Below are positions 61,492 through 64,000 of a DNA stretch of 64,000 nucleotides, piece after piece. Origin of the DNA: Candidatus Omnitrophica bacterium UBA6253 (lineage in GTDB: Bacteria; Omnitrophota; Gorgyraeia; Gygaellales; Profunditerraquicolaceae); the NCBI GenBank assembly GCA_002441245.1, contig DJVP01000008.1:170540-234539 (forward strand). The letters are read 5' to 3'. The notes under the pieces are model-generated. The model did not search any database. It was not told the DNA's origin and saw only the letters and a list, made by a program, of their open reading frames with translations. Positions within the stretch are counted from its first letter, which is position 1. Every line of letters begins with the position of its first letter. The translations under genes and the position numbers were made by a program.

Positions 61492-63006
61492 ATGCATATT
61501 TGTTTTGTCCATAGCCATTATGAAAGCCTGGCCATAGAATACCTTTCCTCGATTTTAAGAAAAAACGGACATAAAACCAGCCTGATTTTTGATCCCGCAT
61601 TATTCCACAATTTCTTCTTGGACAAAAACTGCTTATCCAGGATATTTAATTTCAAAAATTATATATTGAGAAAAATTGAAAAGGATAGGCCTGATATGGT
61701 AGCCTTTTCTGTAATTTCGGATAACTACGGCTGGATTTTAGAAATATCAAAACAGATTAAATCCAAAATCAATGCTACCATTGTATTTGGAGGTATCCAC
61801 CCTACAGCTGTACCGGAGTATGTTTTAAATGACAGGGTGGCCGATTACATAGTCATTGGCGAAGGAGAACATGCTTTCTTGGATTTAGTAAATGCCCTTG
61901 ATAGAAAACAGAATGTAACCAATATTCAAAATATAGGCGGCTATAACGGCGGGAATATCTATATCAACCCGGTGCGTAAGCCAATAGCAGATTTAGATGC
62001 GTTGCCGTTTCCGGATAAGGATTTATTTTATGATCAGTGTAAGATGCTGGTTAAGGATAGCTACATGATCATGGGTAGCCGGGGATGTGCGAATAGCTGT
62101 AGTTATTGCTGGAATAGTACGATTCATAAGATTTATGGCGGCAATATTTATTATAGGAGGAGAAGCCCGGTTAATGTAATAGAAGAATTAAAATGGGCAA
62201 TAGACAAATATAAAATTAAAAAAGTAACGTTTTATGATGAAGTTTTTACTTCCGATAAAAAATGGCTTATTGAATTCTTAGGTTTGTATAAAGAAAATGT
62301 CGCCCTTCCTTATTTCTGCTGCGTTCACCCCAGGGATATAGATAAGAAAATAGTTAATCTGCTTTCGGATTCCGGTTGTGCGGCATTGAATATAGGAATC
62401 CAGACTGCCAATGAAATTACCAGGGTTAATATATTGAATAGGCCGGGTCCTAACCAGCAAATAATCGATGCATTGAGAGCTTTAAGGGGGACAAAAATAT
62501 TTGTTTATTCTAATATTATATTAGGTTTACCTAATGAGGCAGAAAGCGATCTTATTGCAACCTTGTCATTCTGTAATTCTTATAAAGCCGATTTGCCGGC
62601 AATTTACTGGTTACGTTATTACCCCGGGACAAGAATAGTCGAGATAGCCAGGAATAAATTGTTTATAACAGAAGATGAAGTTGCAAAGATAAACGAAAGC
62701 AAAGATTATTCCCCCTATGCCATATCAGGAAGCACTTATTGTAAGGATGCCGCGCGTATCGGCAATCTTATATTATTAAGCGGGGTTATACCCAAAACAA
62801 TCATGGATCGCTTAATCAGATCCCGTATCTACAGGTTTATGCCATCGGTAAATTTACTTTTTCCGGTAATCATATTTATGAGTTACCTGAAGGTTATTTT
62901 AGAGGGTAAGCGTTGCCCATTCCATTATTTCGGCCTGTTTACTTATTTAAAATATCACCTCTTTTATATATACAAAAAAATGTTTTGTTATTTGGGTATT
63001 TATTAG
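61492..63006 (+). CDS. class B (B12-binding) radical SAM protein
   Basis: Paralog of the 53849 gene (MHICFVHSHYESLAIEYLSSIL). rSAM motif SRGCANSCSYCWNS. Confidence 0.8.
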   Translation: MHICFVHSHYESLAIEYLSSILRKNGHKTSLIFDPALFHNFFLDKNCLSRIFNFKNYILRKIEKDRPDMVAFSVISDNYGWILEISKQIKSKINATIVFGGIHPTAVPEYVLNDRVADYIVIGEGEHAFLDLVNALDRKQNVTNIQNIGGYNGGNIYINPVRKPIADLDALPFPDKDLFYDQCKMLVKDSYMIMGSRGCANSCSYCWNSTIHKIYGGNIYYRRRSPVNVIEELKWAIDKYKIKKVTFYDEVFTSDKKWLIEFLGLYKENVALPYFCCVHPRDIDKKIVNLLSDSGCAALNIGIQTANEITRVNILNRPGPNQQIIDALRALRGTKIFVYSNIILGLPNEAESDLIATLSFCNSYKADLPAIYWLRYYPGTRIVEIARNKLFITEDEVAKINESKDYSPYAISGSTYCKDAARIGNLILLSGVIPKTIMDRLIRSRIYRFMPSVNLLFPVIIFMSYLKVILEGKRCPFHYFGLFTYLKYHLFYIYKKMFCYLGIY

Positions 63007-63014
63007 GGGCATCC

Positions 63015-64000
63015 ATGGCAAAAATATTATTCATCAGCGATAACTATCTTAATGAAAGCCTGGGCATTATGTGTCTAAGCGCTTATTTAAAAACCAGGAG
63101 CCACCAGGTGGATATCGCTTTGTTATCGGAATATAAAAGAATAGGTGACCTTTTAAGATTTATCCAGGGGGCTGCTTGTGACATTATAGGTTTTTCAGTT
63201 ATGACCCCGCAGGTATCTGCCTTCCGGCACGTATCCAAGATAATTAAAGAGACAACCCATCATAAAATTATCTGGGGTGGTCCGCATTGCACTTTGATGT
63301 CGGATGAAATTTCAGAAGGCGGCTACGTCGATATTATTTGTATCGGAGAGGGGGAGGAGCCGCTATTAGAACTTATGAACCGGATCGATGAGCGCAAAGA
63401 GTTTGATGATATAGCGAATCTTAGGATAAAGAAAAAAAACGGATGGGTAAATAATGAGCTTTGTAACTTGGAATCCGATTTAGATAGGTATCCATTCCCG
63501 GACAGGGCATTATATTATGACAAATATCCGTTTTTGCGCAATTTTGTTTTAAAGAGATTTGTTACTATGCGCGGCTGCCCTTATGATTGTTTTTACTGTT
63601 TTGCGCCTAACTTTAAAGAGATATATAAGGGCAAAGGGGAGTTAGTCCGCCGGCACAGTGCTGAATATATAATTGCCGAGATAAAATCTGTTATTTCTAG
63701 ATACCCAATCAAGATACTTCATTTTTCCGATGATACATTTAATGCGGACAAAGATTGGGTGATGAATTTCCTGGTAAGTTATAAAAAAATATCAGCTTGC
63801 CATTTACCTGTAATATTTCTGTTGTGGGGATTGACGAGGAAATGATAGGCGGCATGAAGGATGCAGGGTGTAGTGGGGTAACCTTTGGTCTGGAAAGCGG
63901 ATTAGAAGATATACGCTTCAACGTTTTGAATAAAAAATTCAAAAATGTTGATTTTATCGAAACATCGCGCCTGCTTCACAAACACAAAATAAGATTTGTA
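63015..64000 (+). CDS. class B (B12-binding) radical SAM protein, 3'-partial, interrupted by apparent frameshift in an A7 tract at 63783-63789
   Basis: MAKILFISDNY...MRGCPYDCFYCFAP. The frame ends at 63845, but homology to the 53849 and 61492 paralogs (..LPFTCNISVVGIDEEMIGGMKDAGCSGVTFGLESG) continues in a different frame, which would be restored by one extra A in the A7 run. Either a pseudogene or a homopolymer sequencing error. Confidence 0.65.

Noticed and set aside
1-64000. CRISPR arrays, cas genes, integrases, transposases, toxin-antitoxin pairs
   Set aside because: No short regularly spaced direct repeats, and no ORFs with recognisable nuclease, integrase or transposase motifs. Nucleotide repeats are explained by paralogous coding sequence.

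Overview
The window is a 64-kb, AT-rich (about 40% GC) bacterial accessory locus. Nearly all of it is transcribed from the + strand as tightly packed, frequently overlapping genes (ATGA and TAATG junctions). It begins with a tRNA-Leu(GAG) and a polyprenyl-phosphate HexNAc-1-phosphate transferase gene (WecA/MraY family; NxxNxxDGxDGL and DDxxD motifs). Next come a Wzm/Wzt-type ABC-2 exporter pair, in which the Wzt-like ATPase carries a C-terminal extension of about 700 aa. The remainder is an extraordinary concentration of about 25 radical SAM (rSAM) enzymes. Eleven of these are tandem paralogous SPASM/twitch-type rSAM genes of 323-463 aa (N-terminal C-x3-C-K-M-C-x2-W, C-terminal N-C-x3-N-C-F-F). 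Nine are class B (B12-binding) rSAMs. Five are other rSAMs, two of which have large N-terminal extensions. Interleaved with these are four GT-C (GT39/ArnT/PMT-like) membrane glycosyltransferases, a DPM1-like GT2, a second GT2, two GT4 enzymes and an SDR sugar epimerase/dehydratase. There are also three SGNH/GDSL hydrolases (two with TPR-like inserts) and three tandem peptidase-U32-family paralogs next to a DUF362 protein and a secreted protein. The locus also contains an FAD oxidoreductase, a Zn-ribbon SAM methyltransferase and, on the opposite strand, a QueC-like PP-loop ATPase. I read the locus as a glycoconjugate (or glycolipid) assembly and export cluster with a massive, probably anaerobic, radical-chemistry tailoring repertoire. 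A recurring module of about 100 aa ('FDHG.GRI.W.G.ELTKG ... KWEI.LE') is fused to the Wzt C-terminus, to two rSAMs and to a GT-C enzyme, which suggests they share a substrate-recognition domain. No CRISPR array, mobile element or ribosomally-synthesised and post-translationally modified peptide (RiPP) precursor is visible. All functional calls are motif-based inferences from the translated ORFs; no database search was possible.
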